From Octopus sinensis (lineage: Eukaryota), in assembly GCF_006345805.1 (NCBI RefSeq), contig NC_042998.1:3782001-3846000 (forward strand): a stretch of DNA of 64,000 bases, in the 5' to 3' direction. Shown here piece by piece: positions 24,301-38,397 of this stretch. The notes below the pieces were generated by a model. The model saw only the letters and a list, made by a program, of their open reading frames with translations, was not told where the DNA came from and did no database searches. Within the stretch, counting starts at the first letter, position 1. Each line of letters begins with the position of its first letter. The position numbers and the translations under genes are program-made.

Positions 24301-27300
24301 TCTGTTGATCTTGTGACACCCAGCAGGCTTTTCATCCTCTTTCATTTGATCGAAACAGAGCATCGTTTGCTCATTGCTGTCATCACATCTCACATGTTAT
24401 TGCACTTGGCATTTTTCCATTAACATTTTTCATACCCCGTCCATTTGTCATACATATATAACCTTAACCCCGCCACCTTAATTTTATTGTTCAAATCAAT
24501 ATGCATTAATGTTAAGAATGCTTGATGTAACAAATGGGAAATGACAGATGATGTAATGCTGTTGCAGAGAAAATGGGAATATGACAAAGCTATAGACTGA
24601 TGCATTCAGTCAAAAACGTTTACGGCTGACTTAAAGCATGCATATTTATAAACAAATAGAAATTAACAAAGAGAATATAAAATCATCCAGTAATCCATTT
24701 GGATATGTACTTTTGTTAATTTTTAAAGCTCAGACTATGAAAAATGAAACACTTAAGTCAGTGCAGGGAGCCTTAAAATGCTGATTACATAAATTATGTG
24801 CTGAAGAAAAGACAATATTATATATTTTCTCATCTTTTAAACCTGACCGACATCTCTGGACATAAGCTGTGGCTGTGAAGACCTGACAAATAACGTGAGT
24901 TCATGGCTGTTTCCTGCACCAGCTTCACATAGAAGCCCCAGCCCATCCAAAGTACCTTGGATCACAGGACGGCCTGCTGTGCTTACCTTGGATCATAGGG
25001 TGACCTGCTGTGCTTGAGGAGGCCTATTGAGTCAAGTACATCAACATCAAAATAAAAATCAAATGGAAATTGTAGTTGCGATACCTGTGCCGCTAGCACA
25101 TAAAAAGCACCAACCGACCGTGGCCATTGCCAATCTCCCCTGGCACCTGTGCCGTTGGCTCATAAAAAGCTAGCACTACACTCACAGAGTGGTTGGCGTT
25201 AGGAAAGGCATCCAGCTGTAGAAAAACTGCCAGATCAGACTGGAGCTTGGTGCAGCCTCCAGGCTTCCCAGACCCCAGTTGAACTGTCCAACCCATGCTA
25301 GCATGGAACAAGGACGTTAAACGATGATGATGATGATGATGAAGGGTGTACCCATGACCCATTACAGGGTATCCAAGATTGGTGGGAGGGAGAGAGAAAG
25401 ATATCCTCAAGCTGAAAATCTGGCCTGACTGCAACAAAATGTTCACTGCTAAAGATGCCCAAAGTGCCAGATGCTAGTGTTAAACCAAAATGCAACCTTC
25501 TCCAGCTGAGCATCCATAATCTCATGGAGTCAAAAGTGCTAGTGACATGTAAAAACCACCCATACTGGTGCTGTGTAAACCAGTACACTCTGCAAACTGG
25601 TTGGTGTTAGGATGGGCACGCAGCCTTAGAAACCATGCCAGAATAGTCAGGGAGCTTGAACAGTCCTAGGAGTAGACACAAGAGAGATGGGAGGAAAATA
25701 TCCACAGTCTTAGTTGTCCACACTTAGGAATTTAGTAGGTAAGTTTAATAACAGTTGCTTTTGATAGAACCCTGTATAGGAGGTGCCTGAGGATTCAACC
25801 CTTATGACCCTCCCAAGAAGAGAAAGCTAGGAAAATGGATGGATAGATATTCCAGCAAATATGGGAAGCAACTGCGGATCTGTTTTAGTTTTTTTTAAAC
25901 CTCCTCAATGAAATGTAGACTACAGTGTCCTTGTCAAAGTAGCTGAAAATACAGATTAGTAATTTCGTTTTTGGATTTGGTTTACAAGATTCTTTTTATG
26001 AGTTCGTGTGTTGAAGCATATTCTGTTGTGTCTGGGGAGAATCATTTTCTTTTTGTGCCTTATAATGTAATACACTCATTGGTAAAATTTCCACTTTTTT
26101 CTTATTTTTATTTTCCTAAAATTTTCGATGCGTCTTGCAACCTTTTCAATAGTCTTTTCAAGAGTCAAAACTGTTGAAAAGGTTGCAAGACGCAACGAAA
26201 ATTTTAGGAAAATTAAAATAAGAAATGAGTGGAAATTTTACCAATGAGTGTGTTACATTATAAGGCACAAAAAGAAAATGACTCTCCCCAGACACAACAG
26301 ATTAGTATATAATACATATAAATTCATGGTTCTTTCAGTGAGTGGAAAAGTTATTAAAACTTTTTGGAAAATAGATTATTGAGGCTAATTATATATCCAA
26401 TATAATTTTTGTCTGACAAATATATTGGATTAATTTTATATTTATTCATTTGCTAAAAACCCTTCTCTCTCTCTCTTTCCACCTCCCTACATCAGTATGT
26501 CCTTCTCTCTTTCGACTTTCAATAAGTCTGTTCCTTTCTATTTCTTACTCTCATATCTTCTTTCCCCCCTCTCTCTCCTTTCCCTTTCTCACAATAATAG
26601 AAATATCACTCTTTCTCTCCCCCCTCTCTCTCTCCTTCTTTCTTGTTCTTAGCAGCTGTCCTCCTTTTGATTCTTCTCCTCCCCCCTCTCAATAGTTTCG
26701 TTCTGTCACTATCTTTCTATCTCTATCAGTAACCATAGACATTTTTTTCTCTCTCTGTCTCTTTCACTCTTTTGCTATTCTCTCTCTCTCTCAGTAACAA
26801 TACATATTCTCCTGTCTCACTCTCATGCTTTCACTTCATTCTCCACTCCTACTATTACTCCTTCTACTGCATCTACTTGCCTATTAGTCTTTCTGTTTCT
26901 CAGTTTTTGAACAAGTCTGTGTGTCTCTGTGTGCACAGAGATGCACAGCTATGTTACATAGACATAGTGCCAAAGGTCCCAGCAATGCCATCACACTTCA
27001 GGACCAGTTACTGCAACAGCCTGGGTTTCAAGAGCCCACTGCTTTTTAATATTCTCCCAAAGAGTCTGAGGAACTTACACAAAGTAGATGTAGGGGTTTT
27101 TAAATCAAAGCTGGACCTCTTCCTGTCGAGAGTCCCAGATGAACCTACCTCACGGCAAGAGGTGCAAATGAAGGTAGCTATATCAAACTCCATGCTTCAC
27201 CAAGTGCCACATATCAGAAGAGGCTCTTAGTAATAACAGTGTAGCAAAACAGCGGTGCATCAGCATGGCCACAGCTCTGAGCTAAAACTAGAGAGAAAAA

Positions 27301-27793
27301 AAACAAACAAATTTAATACAACCAACCAAATCCTTCAAGATGGTGTCCTAGTAGAGCTACAGTGCAAGACTGAAACAAATAAAAGAATACAATATATATA
27401 TATTGATCACTCTTAGATACGTCAACTGAATGGAACAAAATTGATTCTCTGAAAAGGTTTAATAAACCTGAAACAAGTCTGTTGCTTTTACCAGTTCCTT
27501 TTAAAGATCATGTCTAATTCATTGTGTGTACATAGGATGTTTTCTTCCTCTGCTACCTTTCTTTTAAAGGAAAATATAGAGTGGATGCTCCTTACGTAGG
27601 GGAAGTCAGTTTGTAATGGATAATTTGAAAGTTGTTGCGGTGCCCCAGCATGGCCACAGCTCATGAGCTGAAACTAGAATCAATCAATCATATGTATGTG
27701 TAGATGTGTGTGGTGGTGTATCTATACCTTTGTACATAAAAATTTATATATATATATATATATATTATGTGTGTATATATATATATATATATA

Positions 27794-27871
<78 letters not shown>

Positions 27872-30800
27872 ATATATATATATATGTGTGTATATATATA
27901 TATATGTATGTATGTAAACCAGCATCATATAACAAGAACCCAGTACACTCTGTAAAGTGGTTGGCATTTAAAAGGGCATCCAGCCATAGAAACCTTGCTA
28001 AAACAGATGACTGGAGCCTGGTGCATCCCTCCAGCTTTCCAGCTCCTTTCAAACTGGGCAATGCATGCCAACATGGAAAATAGACGTTAAAGAATGATGA
28101 TGATGATACTGTTGATCTAATTTTTTTTTTCACCATGCAAGACACTTTCTTTGTTTACTTCAATCTATATGATGAATATATACATTTTACTCACTTTAAA
28201 TTAAAATTTTTATTATTAATTAAAACATAGTTGTAAGATAATACTTTCGAAAATACTGTCTAGACCCAATATTTTGTAACAATATTGAACATTATGGAAT
28301 CTAAGTTAATAGAAAAAGATATATAAATAATAATTCAATTAATAAAATGAAAAATATTGTAATTTGGAAATTTGGAATATGTTCTGAAACATTTTTTGTA
28401 TTTGTATTTTATTCAATTTTTGTATTTGTATTTTATTCAAATTTCAGTGTGACTTCCAGCATCCACAACAAAAGTGTGGCCACAGCAACAGAAGCAGAGT
28501 TGTGTACTGTGTTGACAGACGTTCACGCCGCTCTCCAATCGTACCAAGCTACAAATGTAACACTTTGACTAAACCACCTGAATTAAAGGCATGTTACACT
28601 CCTTGTAAAGAATGGATGACTGCAAGCTGGACAAAGGTAAGATAAATAACTATTTGTCGCATTGTGCATACATAGTAACTGGCTCTATGCAAAATGTTGA
28701 TTTTACAGACACACACATGCAATATATATTCAAATTTTATGATGAAAATAACAACACAGAAGCATGGAAAACGAATATTAAATTACTATGTGTGTGTGTG
28801 TGTGTGTGTGTATACACAGCCAAGTAGATTTGGCCCTATGTTGAACTACAATATATAAGCTCCAACAAACAATGAAAATAAAATGTAGTTATTAGTTTAA
28901 TGTTCAAGGAAATATGTAGTGGAAGTGTTCCTGGCATTTTGGGCTTATGCTCATCTTCACAAAGTTTCATATATTGAAGGAAGAAGTGCATTTATGTGTA
29001 TGTGCAAAGTGGTTGGCATTAGGAAAGGCATCCATGCACAAAAACCATGCCAAAACTAACATTGGAGTTCATCATAGCTCTGTAGCTCATAAGATGCTAT
29101 CAAACTATCCAGCCCATGTCAGCATGGGAAACGAATATTAAACGATGATGATGATGATGTGTGTATGTGTGTGTGTATACTCAACCAAATAGATTTGGCC
29201 CTATGTTGAACTACAATATATAACTTCCAACAAACAATGAAAAATGGTTTCAAAATTGTGTCGTATCACATAACAGTTTTAGGTCGTCAGTAATTTTTTT
29301 TATTTGATTATCAATGATTGCTTTAGCAGGTGCAGCATATACATTTAACCATTATTCAAACATAATAATTTACTCATGATTTAAACATAGATTGAAACAC
29401 TCTGATTCACAAAAATAGTGGCAAACATGGTTTAATGCTTTCCAACATTCTTTTGTTTCAATGTTTACCCTTAATTAAATAAGGCGACTCAAGTAAAATG
29501 TAGACACATTGTAGCATCGAAAATGGTTGGTGTAAAGAATCGAGGGCTATCGTGAAAGCAAAGAGTGGCCATTTTGCATTGTAAATATATGTAAAATATT
29601 GTCAATAAATATAACAATGAACCTGTAAAGTTTCATTAACCAAAACCTAAAACTTTATTTTATGGTATAATGGATAAATATATAAACTGCACCCAGTAAA
29701 CACAATATATTCAACTGTAATTTCCTTGTTAATAAGAAGTATATTTATAGGTATTAGCTTATAACACCACACACACGCACACACAAATGCCTACTGCATG
29801 CACGCACACACACTCTCACACAGACACATTAAGTTACATGTTATTATGTATCAATCAATGAATGTTTCAATAGATGAACATGTGATTTTCCTATATATTT
29901 ATTTGATATTCTTGGCACTAACTATGTAATATGAAATATGAACTGGGAAGCAACACAAGAGCTGCTGCCAGGTCAGAACTGATAGTTTGAGAGCAAGAGT
30001 CAAGCATCCTTGGGCACGTGGTTATTGCACTTAACACACACATACATGGTGGCATACACACAGAAACATAGAGAGAATATTTAGAAATCTTTATATGTAA
30101 ATGAATGTTCATCTGATTGACTTCAACACCATAAATTTTATTTATATATTTATTTATTTATTGCTTGGTTTTCTTTCAACATATTTTGTATTCTAACAGC
30201 TATACTTTATAATTCCATATTCAACCTGACCAGCAAAGAATATAGGGAATACACCCTTTCTTTCTTATCTTTCTGTATATAAGCATGTATACATTCACAC
30301 ATACATACATACATACATACATATTTCAGTCCCACTGCATGGCACCTTGGGCAAGTGTCTTCTTCTATGTCTCAGGTCGACCAAAGCCTTGAGTGGATTT
30401 TGTTGCTGGAAACTGAAAAGAGAGACCTGTTATAGATGTGTGTGTGTGTGTGTGTGTGTATCTCTTTTTTGGTGGTGTTTGTTCACCACCACCTCTTGAC
30501 AACTGGTGCTGTAATGAAATGGTTTGCCGTGAGGTCAGGCTTAAAAGAAAGAAAAAAAAAGTACTAGAGTTGATTATTTTTTTGACTAGAGTTCTTCAGG
30601 GCACTGCTTCAGCATAGCAACAGTCTAATGATTGTAACAAATAAAAAATAAAATTCATACATACATACATACAAATGTGTCTGTAAGCAGAGTTTAGTGT
30701 CCAATGAAGGAAAGGTATGAATAAGAGGGTTGGTTACCCCCCTAGCATAGGCCACGACTTTATATATATACACACATACATCATCATCATCATCACGCTA

Positions 30801-32248
30801 AACGATGATGATGATGATGATGATGTATGTGTGTATATATATAAAGTCGTGGCCTATGCTAGGGGGGTAACCAACCCTCTTATTCATACCTTTCCTTCAT
30901 TGGACACTAAACTCTGCTTACGAACACCTGTTGAGGCAAGTGAAATCAAATTTGATGACTGGCATCCGTGCTAGTGGAGCGCTAAGAGCACCATCCGAGC
31001 GTGATCATTGCCAGAGCGGCTAACTGGCTTCCATGCTGGTGGCACATAAAAACCACCATTCGAGCGTGATCATTACCAGTGTCGCCTTACTGGCACGTGA
31101 AAAAAACATTCAAGTGAGGTCGTTGCCAGTGCCGCTGGACTGGCTCCTGTGCAGGTGGCACGTAAAAATCACCATTTGAGTGTGGCCATTGCCAGTATCA
31201 CCTGACTAGCCCTCGTGCCGGTGGCACGTAAAAGCACCCTCTACACTCTCAGCGTGGATGGCATTAGGAAAGGCATCCAGCTGTAGAAACTCTGCCAGAT
31301 CAAGATTGGAGTCTGGTGCAGCCATCTGGTTCACCAGATCTCAGTCAAGTCATCCAACCCTTGCTAGCATGGAAAGCGGACGTTAAACGATGATGATGGT
31401 ATATATATATACACACACACACACATATACACACACACATGTGTATGTGCATGTGTATATATATGCATGCATAACTGTATGTATATGTTGCTTTAAGAAA
31501 AATACAGTTAGTCACTATATTTTCAAATATAAGAGAATTAAACTTTCAAAATTTATGAGTTTTAGATTAAGAATAATGAATAATAATTTTCTGCATTGAT
31601 GTAAAATACACAAATCTATAAGAAAGGGTTGTGTTTATTTGTACTGTTACACCAGTGTGTGATTAGTACTTACTTATTCGTGGAGGCGCAATGGCCCAGT
31701 GGTTAGGGCAGCGGACTCACGGTCGTAGGATCGCGGTTTCGATTCCCAGACCGGGCGTTGTGAGTGTTTATTGAGCGAAAACACCTAAAAGCTTCACAAT
31801 GATGAAGGGCATCGCTGTTACACTTCCAGGAGGGAAGGGTCTTCCTTTGATTCTGACATGCAATGTCTGTGCAAGACCCTGCCTCAGTAAAGCTGGACTC
31901 ATGAGTCATCTTCGTAGTCATAAAACGAGACAGATGAGTGACAACCTGGCCACTGGTGGTGGTGTAACACACCATACTAATCATATCTGTCGGGCATGTG
32001 TAATAGAGTGTAATTCGGCAAGAGGACTTAAATGACCTGCAAAGGTACATGAAGCCCAGTTACAACTACAGCCGGCTATTACCGGTAAAGGTTTTAGCTG
32101 CCAATTCTGTACAAGACATTGTAGATCTTTAGCTGGGCTAAAAAGTCACATTCGGTCATAGCACCGGTAACAGTTAAGCTTCGTGCAATGGCCATACTCG
32201 ATAACGAGGGGGGCAGCTATAATAATAATGCATGTATGCACGTATGTA

Positions 32249-32279
<31 letters not shown>

Positions 32280-34293
32280 ACGTACGCTCTGTTTCTTTTG
32301 GATGGCAAACATATAACCTTCAAAGTATGAAGGCTGTGCTTCATGTTGATATTCATGTGTTCAAGTTTTAAGGAAACATACCCATGCATGTTTTTTTTAT
32401 ATGCATGTATGCCTGCAAGCAAGAAGAAAGAGAGAGAGAGAGAGACAGAGAGAGAAATACTATAGTGATAGTTTAAATGGTGCAATAAAAAAAAGAGAAA
32501 TGTATATTCTCTTGAAAGTATTACTGTGTTTAAAGAAACCTTCTAAGTTATACGCAATTAGGCTTCTAGTTTGGTTTTTAATTAAAATCTGTTGATGGTT
32601 ATTTTAGAAAACAGAATGTAAACGGGTGGGGGGGGGGAAACTGAATATTGTGTGTCAGAATGAAACAGAATAGAGGTGGTGGCGGAGGAGGTGGATAGGT
32701 ATGAAATATATAAAAGTAGGTTATATGAAGAGATTTGTGCCATTCTGATAATGTGATTCGAAGTGGTAATTTTGTGAGAATGGCTGCAGAAAGGAGGGGG
32801 GGGGAGCGAAAAAAAAAGAAGGAAACAGCTTGATTGAGTGCGTGGTGGGATTTGTACCGTTTGACAATTTTTCAATTTCCATTTCTTCATATATTTGGGT
32901 TATGTGAAAATAAATAGCAGGAGACTTTAATACTGCTTCCTCTCTATATATACGTATATAGGCGCAGGAGTGGTTGTGTGGTAAGTAGCTTGTCTACCAA
33001 CCACATGGTTCCGGGTTCAGTCCCACTGCGTGGCACCTTGGGCAAGTGTCTTCTGCTATAGCCCCGGGCCGACCAATGCCTTGTGAGTGGATTTGGTAAA
33101 CGGAAACTGAAAGAAGCCCGTCGTATATATGTATATGCGTGTGTCTGTGTTTGTCCCCTAACATTGCTTGACAACCGATGCTGGTGTGTTTATGTCCCTG
33201 TAACTTAGCGGTTCGGCAAAAGAGACCGATAGAATAAGTACTGGGCTTACAAAAGAATAAGTCCCGGGGTCGAGTTGTCAATTAAAAGGCGGTGCTCCAG
33301 CATGGCCACAGTCAAATGACTGAAACAAGTAAAAGAGTAAAGAGTATATGTATGAATGTATGCATCTTTGTACATATACACACACATTGTATATGTGTGT
33401 GTGTGTGTGTGTAGTTAGCTATAATTTAAATAGACCTGTAAATGTCCACACATACACACACTCGCACACATGGATCAGTGGTGTATGGTGGTCACTGTAT
33501 TGGGTGTACTGCTACACCCAATGTCACCAAATTTCAAGCAGGGAGGTAACAAAAGTTTTACATTAACATTTGTGATTAAATTAACGAGCAAGGTTAATAT
33601 TTATAATGAATTTGCCATTTTCAATGGGTGTGAAGTGCACACCTAACACACCCGGAATATATGCTCCTAATATGGATGGACATCAAATTATTTAAACACA
33701 CACATTGTGATCATATAATGTTCAGTTTTCCGTTCTTGCATGGGTCAGACGAAATTTTTGAGGCAGATTTTCTACCACCTGATTACCTTCCTGTTACCAA
33801 CTCTCACCTGTTTCCAAGCAAGGCAATATTTTCCCACGGCCAGACATGTTTTTGTAGAAGACTAGAAATGAACAAATTTGATTGTATGATGATGATGCTG
33901 CTTACTTACAACCATCATCTAATGTCTGGACTAGGTTACCTACAAATACCTATTTCTTTACTGCCCACAAGGGGCAACACACAGAGGGGCCAAACAAGGA
34001 CAGACAAAGGGATTAAGTTGATTACATCGACCCCAGTGTGTAACTGGTACTTATTTAATCGACCCTGAGAGGATGAAAGGCTAAGTCGACCTCGGCGGAA
34101 TTTGAACTCAGTAACGACAGACGAAATAACGCTAAGTATTTCGCCTGGTGTGCTAACGGTTCTGCCAGCTCACCACCTTTCAAATACCTTCCATCATATG
34201 TGTGTGTGTGCGTGCGCGCATGTACATGTGTGTGCATGTGTATATATGTTTATGTATGTGCGTGTGTGTGCGCACATGTACATGTGTGTGCAT

Positions 34294-34326
<33 letters not shown>

Positions 34327-37300
34327 AGTGTATATAAATATACAGACGATAGGCTTCTTTCAGTTCCTGTCTACTGTATCCACTTACAAGGCTTTGGTTG
34401 GCCAAGAAGACATTTTCCCACGGGGTCCACATAGTTGGACGGAACAAAAGAGCACACAGTGGAGAAGAATGCTTCTCAAGCACACAACCATGCTAATACA
34501 CACACACACACACACGCAACACACACACACACACGCCACACACACACACACACACGCACGCACACACGCGCACGCAACACACACACACACACGCACGCAC
34601 ACACACACACGCACGCACACACACACCACACGCACTCACACATACGCACACGCACGCACACACACACGCACACACACACGCACCACACACACACACACAC
34701 GCACGCAACACACACACACACACGCCGCACACACACACACACACACGCACGCACACACACACACACCACACACGCACACACACACACGCACGCACGCACA
34801 CACCACACACACACGCACACACACACACACTCACGCACACACACACACACACGCACGCACACCACACACACACACACACACACACCCACACACGCACGCA
34901 CACACACACACGCACGCACACAACACACACACGCACGCACGCACACACACACACACACACGCACGCAACACACACACACAACGCACGCACACACACACAC
35001 GCACGCACACACACACACACACACGCACTCACACGTACACACACGCACGCACACACACACACGCACGCACACACACACACACACATGCACAGTGTATGTA
35101 TACAAAACTGCAAGTATCAAAAGAAAGATGTATACATATCTTTTATCATACTCCTGAACACAAGAACATGAGATGCTGAAATGCATTACTCTTTCTACTC
35201 CTTTACTTATTTCAGTCACTTGACTGCGGCCATGCTGGAGCACCACCTTTTTGTTGAGCAAATCGACCCCAGGACTTATTCTTTGTAAGCCTAGTACTTA
35301 TTCTATCGGTCTGTTTTGCCGAACCGCTAAGTTGCGTGGACGTACACACACCAGCATCAGTTGTCAAGCGATATTGGGGGACAGACACACAAACACACAC
35401 ACACATATATATATACATATATACGACAGGCTTCTTTCAGTTTCCGTCTACCAAATCCACTCACAAGGCTTTGGTCAGCCCGAGGCTATAGTAGAAGACA
35501 CTTGCCCAAGGTGCCACGCAGTGGGACTGAACCCAGAACCATGTGGTTGGTAAGCAAGCCACTTACCACACTCATCATTATCATCAACATCGTCATCATC
35601 ATTTAATGTCCACTTTCCATCCGTGCATAAGTTAGATGGTTTCAGTGGAACTGGTAAGCTGAAGTGCTCTGCCAGGTTCCACTCTGATTTGGCATGGTTT
35701 CTATGGCTGGATGCCCTTTCTAATACCAACCACCCCGAGAGTGTAATGGGTGCTTTTTACATGCATCTGGCATGAGTACCATTTACCTGATGCCTGTAAA
35801 AGCCATGACAAGGATTCATGGTTGCCATTTACATGACTCTGGCAACGACCACAACTGCAGCTTTGCTTGGCTTGAAGAGTCTTCTAAAGCACAGCATATC
35901 ACCAAGGTCTCAGTCACTTGTCATCACCTCCCAACATTCAAAGATAATGCTTCACCCCCTCATCCCATGTCTTCTTGGGTCTACCTCTTCTACAGGTTCC
36001 CTCCACAGTTAACAATCAGCACTATTTTATCTCAAAGAGAAAAAATTTCTTTATAAATTTTATGGGTAAAAACACATCAGCTTCCACTGACATAAACAGA
36101 CCATCAGATGGAATATTTCAGCATGATTTCACCTCTTCAGTAGAAGATATTCTGCTTGATGTGCTTTTACATGCAAAGTCTAGTCTATAGAACCAATATT
36201 GTTCCCTGCAAGACAAAGTACTGCAGTGAATACTTTTCAGGTTCCAGTGTAGAGGAGCATGTCAAAACTGTGTTTTACTCTTTATTTTGATTCCTACTGC
36301 ATTCATCATCATCATCATCATCATCGTTTAACGTCCGTTTTCCATGCTAGCATGGGTTGGACGGTTTGACCGGGGTCTGGGAAACCAGGCGGCTGTGCCA
36401 GGCTCCAGTCTGATCTGGCAGTGTCTCCACAGCTTGATGCCCTTCTTAATGCCAACCACTCCGAGAGTGTAGTGGGTGCTTTTTACATGCCACCAGCACA
36501 GGGGCCAGAGGAGGCTGGCAAGCAGCCATGATCGGTTGGTGCTTTTTATGTGTCACTGACATGGATGCCAGTCGGGCTACATTCGGATGGTACTTTTTAT
36601 GTGCCACCGGCACGGGCATCACAACTACAAATTCCATTTGATTTTTATTTTGATGTTGATGTACTTGATTCAATAGGTCTCCTCAAGCACAACGGGTCAC
36701 CCTATGCTCCAAGGTTAGCACAGCAGGCTGTCCTGCGAGCCATGAGCTCACTTCATTTGTCGGGTCTTTGCATTTCTCTCAGGGTGCTTACACTCTGTCG
36801 TGCATGCATACTGACATTACCCATCCAGTGGATCATGCTAGCTTCATTTCTTTCAAGCCTACGCATGTCCATTGTGAACATAAATCAACTCCAGCTTAAC
36901 AAGCTTCAGCACACAGCAATTGATATATTGTTTTCTGCTTTCGATATAAGAGCAAAAGTTCTGGTTTCGCTCCAAATGACCAAGGCAATGTCTGCTACTG
37001 AAAAGGCAAAATCACACCAAAACACCATATCTGGTGGTCTTCTGATGCCACTTGGAGTTTGGTTTGATGTATTTTTTCACACTAGATCTATAGAGGAAAA
37101 ATTTTTTAATGTCCAAGACATAGTAAGTGTCTCATGTACTAGCATAAAGGAGCATCTTGAAACAAAGTACACATCTTTATATATAGTTAAAAAAGATTCA
37201 GGTAAAAACCTTGCAAAGCTTATCCATAATTATTGACTTCCAGATGTTATCATACAGTGAAAATTCTCTTGCTACACCAGGAATTCTATAACATCCACAA

Positions 37301-38354
37301 AGTTAATATAAATAGATATATAATACTAAATAAATTGAACAACATTCTTTATTTAAAATCTTTACAATTGTTTAGACACATTTTAACAGACATAATACAT
37401 TGGTGAGATGATATATATGATATTGTATAATCCCTATTACATTAAAAGTGTAAGATATGCTTCTTTGATGGATGACTGAGATTACAAAATATGTTATTCA
37501 TATCATCTTACCAATATACTATGAGTGTAAAAATGTGTTGAAACAATTGTAGCGATTTTAAATAATGTTGCTCAATCCATTTCCTATGATTTAGCATTGA
37601 TATATGTATATAAATATTTGTTTGTTGAAGCTATAAACACATCTTTATGTATATGTACATATATCACCGTGACCGTGATATATGGATATATGTACATATA
37701 CATAAAGATGTGTTTATAGCTTCAACAAACAAATATTTATATACATATATCAATAGTCAGACTATCAGATGTTGCTACACATCGCTGGTCACAATGCGCT
37801 TTGCATTGTTTTAGCCTTTAAATGATGCCACCCTGCTGGCTAAGCGAGCAGGCCAACAGATGAAAGAGTGAAAGAAAGTTGTGGCAAAAGAGTACAGCAG
37901 GGATCGCCCCCCCCCCCTGCTGGAGCCTCGTGGAACTTTAGGTGTTTTCACTCAATAAACACTCACAACATCCGGTCTGGAAATCGAAACCACGATCCTA
38001 CAAACACGAGTCTGCTGGGCCATTGCACCTCCACATATATATATATATATATATATATATCTTGTGACCGACCAGACCATCAGATGTTGGTACACTTCGC
38101 TGGTCACAATGCGTTCGCATTGTTTTAGCCTTTGAATGACGCCACCTCGCTGGCTAAGCAAGCAGACCAACAGAAGAAAGAGTGAGAGGAAGGGTGGTGA
38201 AGGAGTACAGCAGGGATCACCAGCCCCTGCCGGAGCCTCGTGGAGCTTTTAGGTGTTTTCGCTCAATAAACACACACAACGCCCGGTCTGGGAATTGAAA
38301 CCGCGATCCTACGACCGCGAGTCTGCTGCCCTAACCACTGGGCCATTGCGCCTC

Positions 38355-38397
<43 letters not shown>

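Noticed and set aside
31680-31760. Functional tRNA genes here and at 38280-38357 and 57630-57705
   Set aside because: They are SINE heads: the cloverleaf lacks a proper acceptor stem and oligo-T terminator and continues into repeat bodies.
34102-35261. Several 200-280 aa His/Thr or Cys/Val ORFs
   Set aside because: They are translations of the (CA)n/(CACG)n microsatellite.
36550-37236. 228-aa plus-strand ORF
   Set aside because: It is antisense to an RTE 3' UTR and to an older decayed RTE fragment (minus strand reads [17 protein letters not shown]...CLGHLER).
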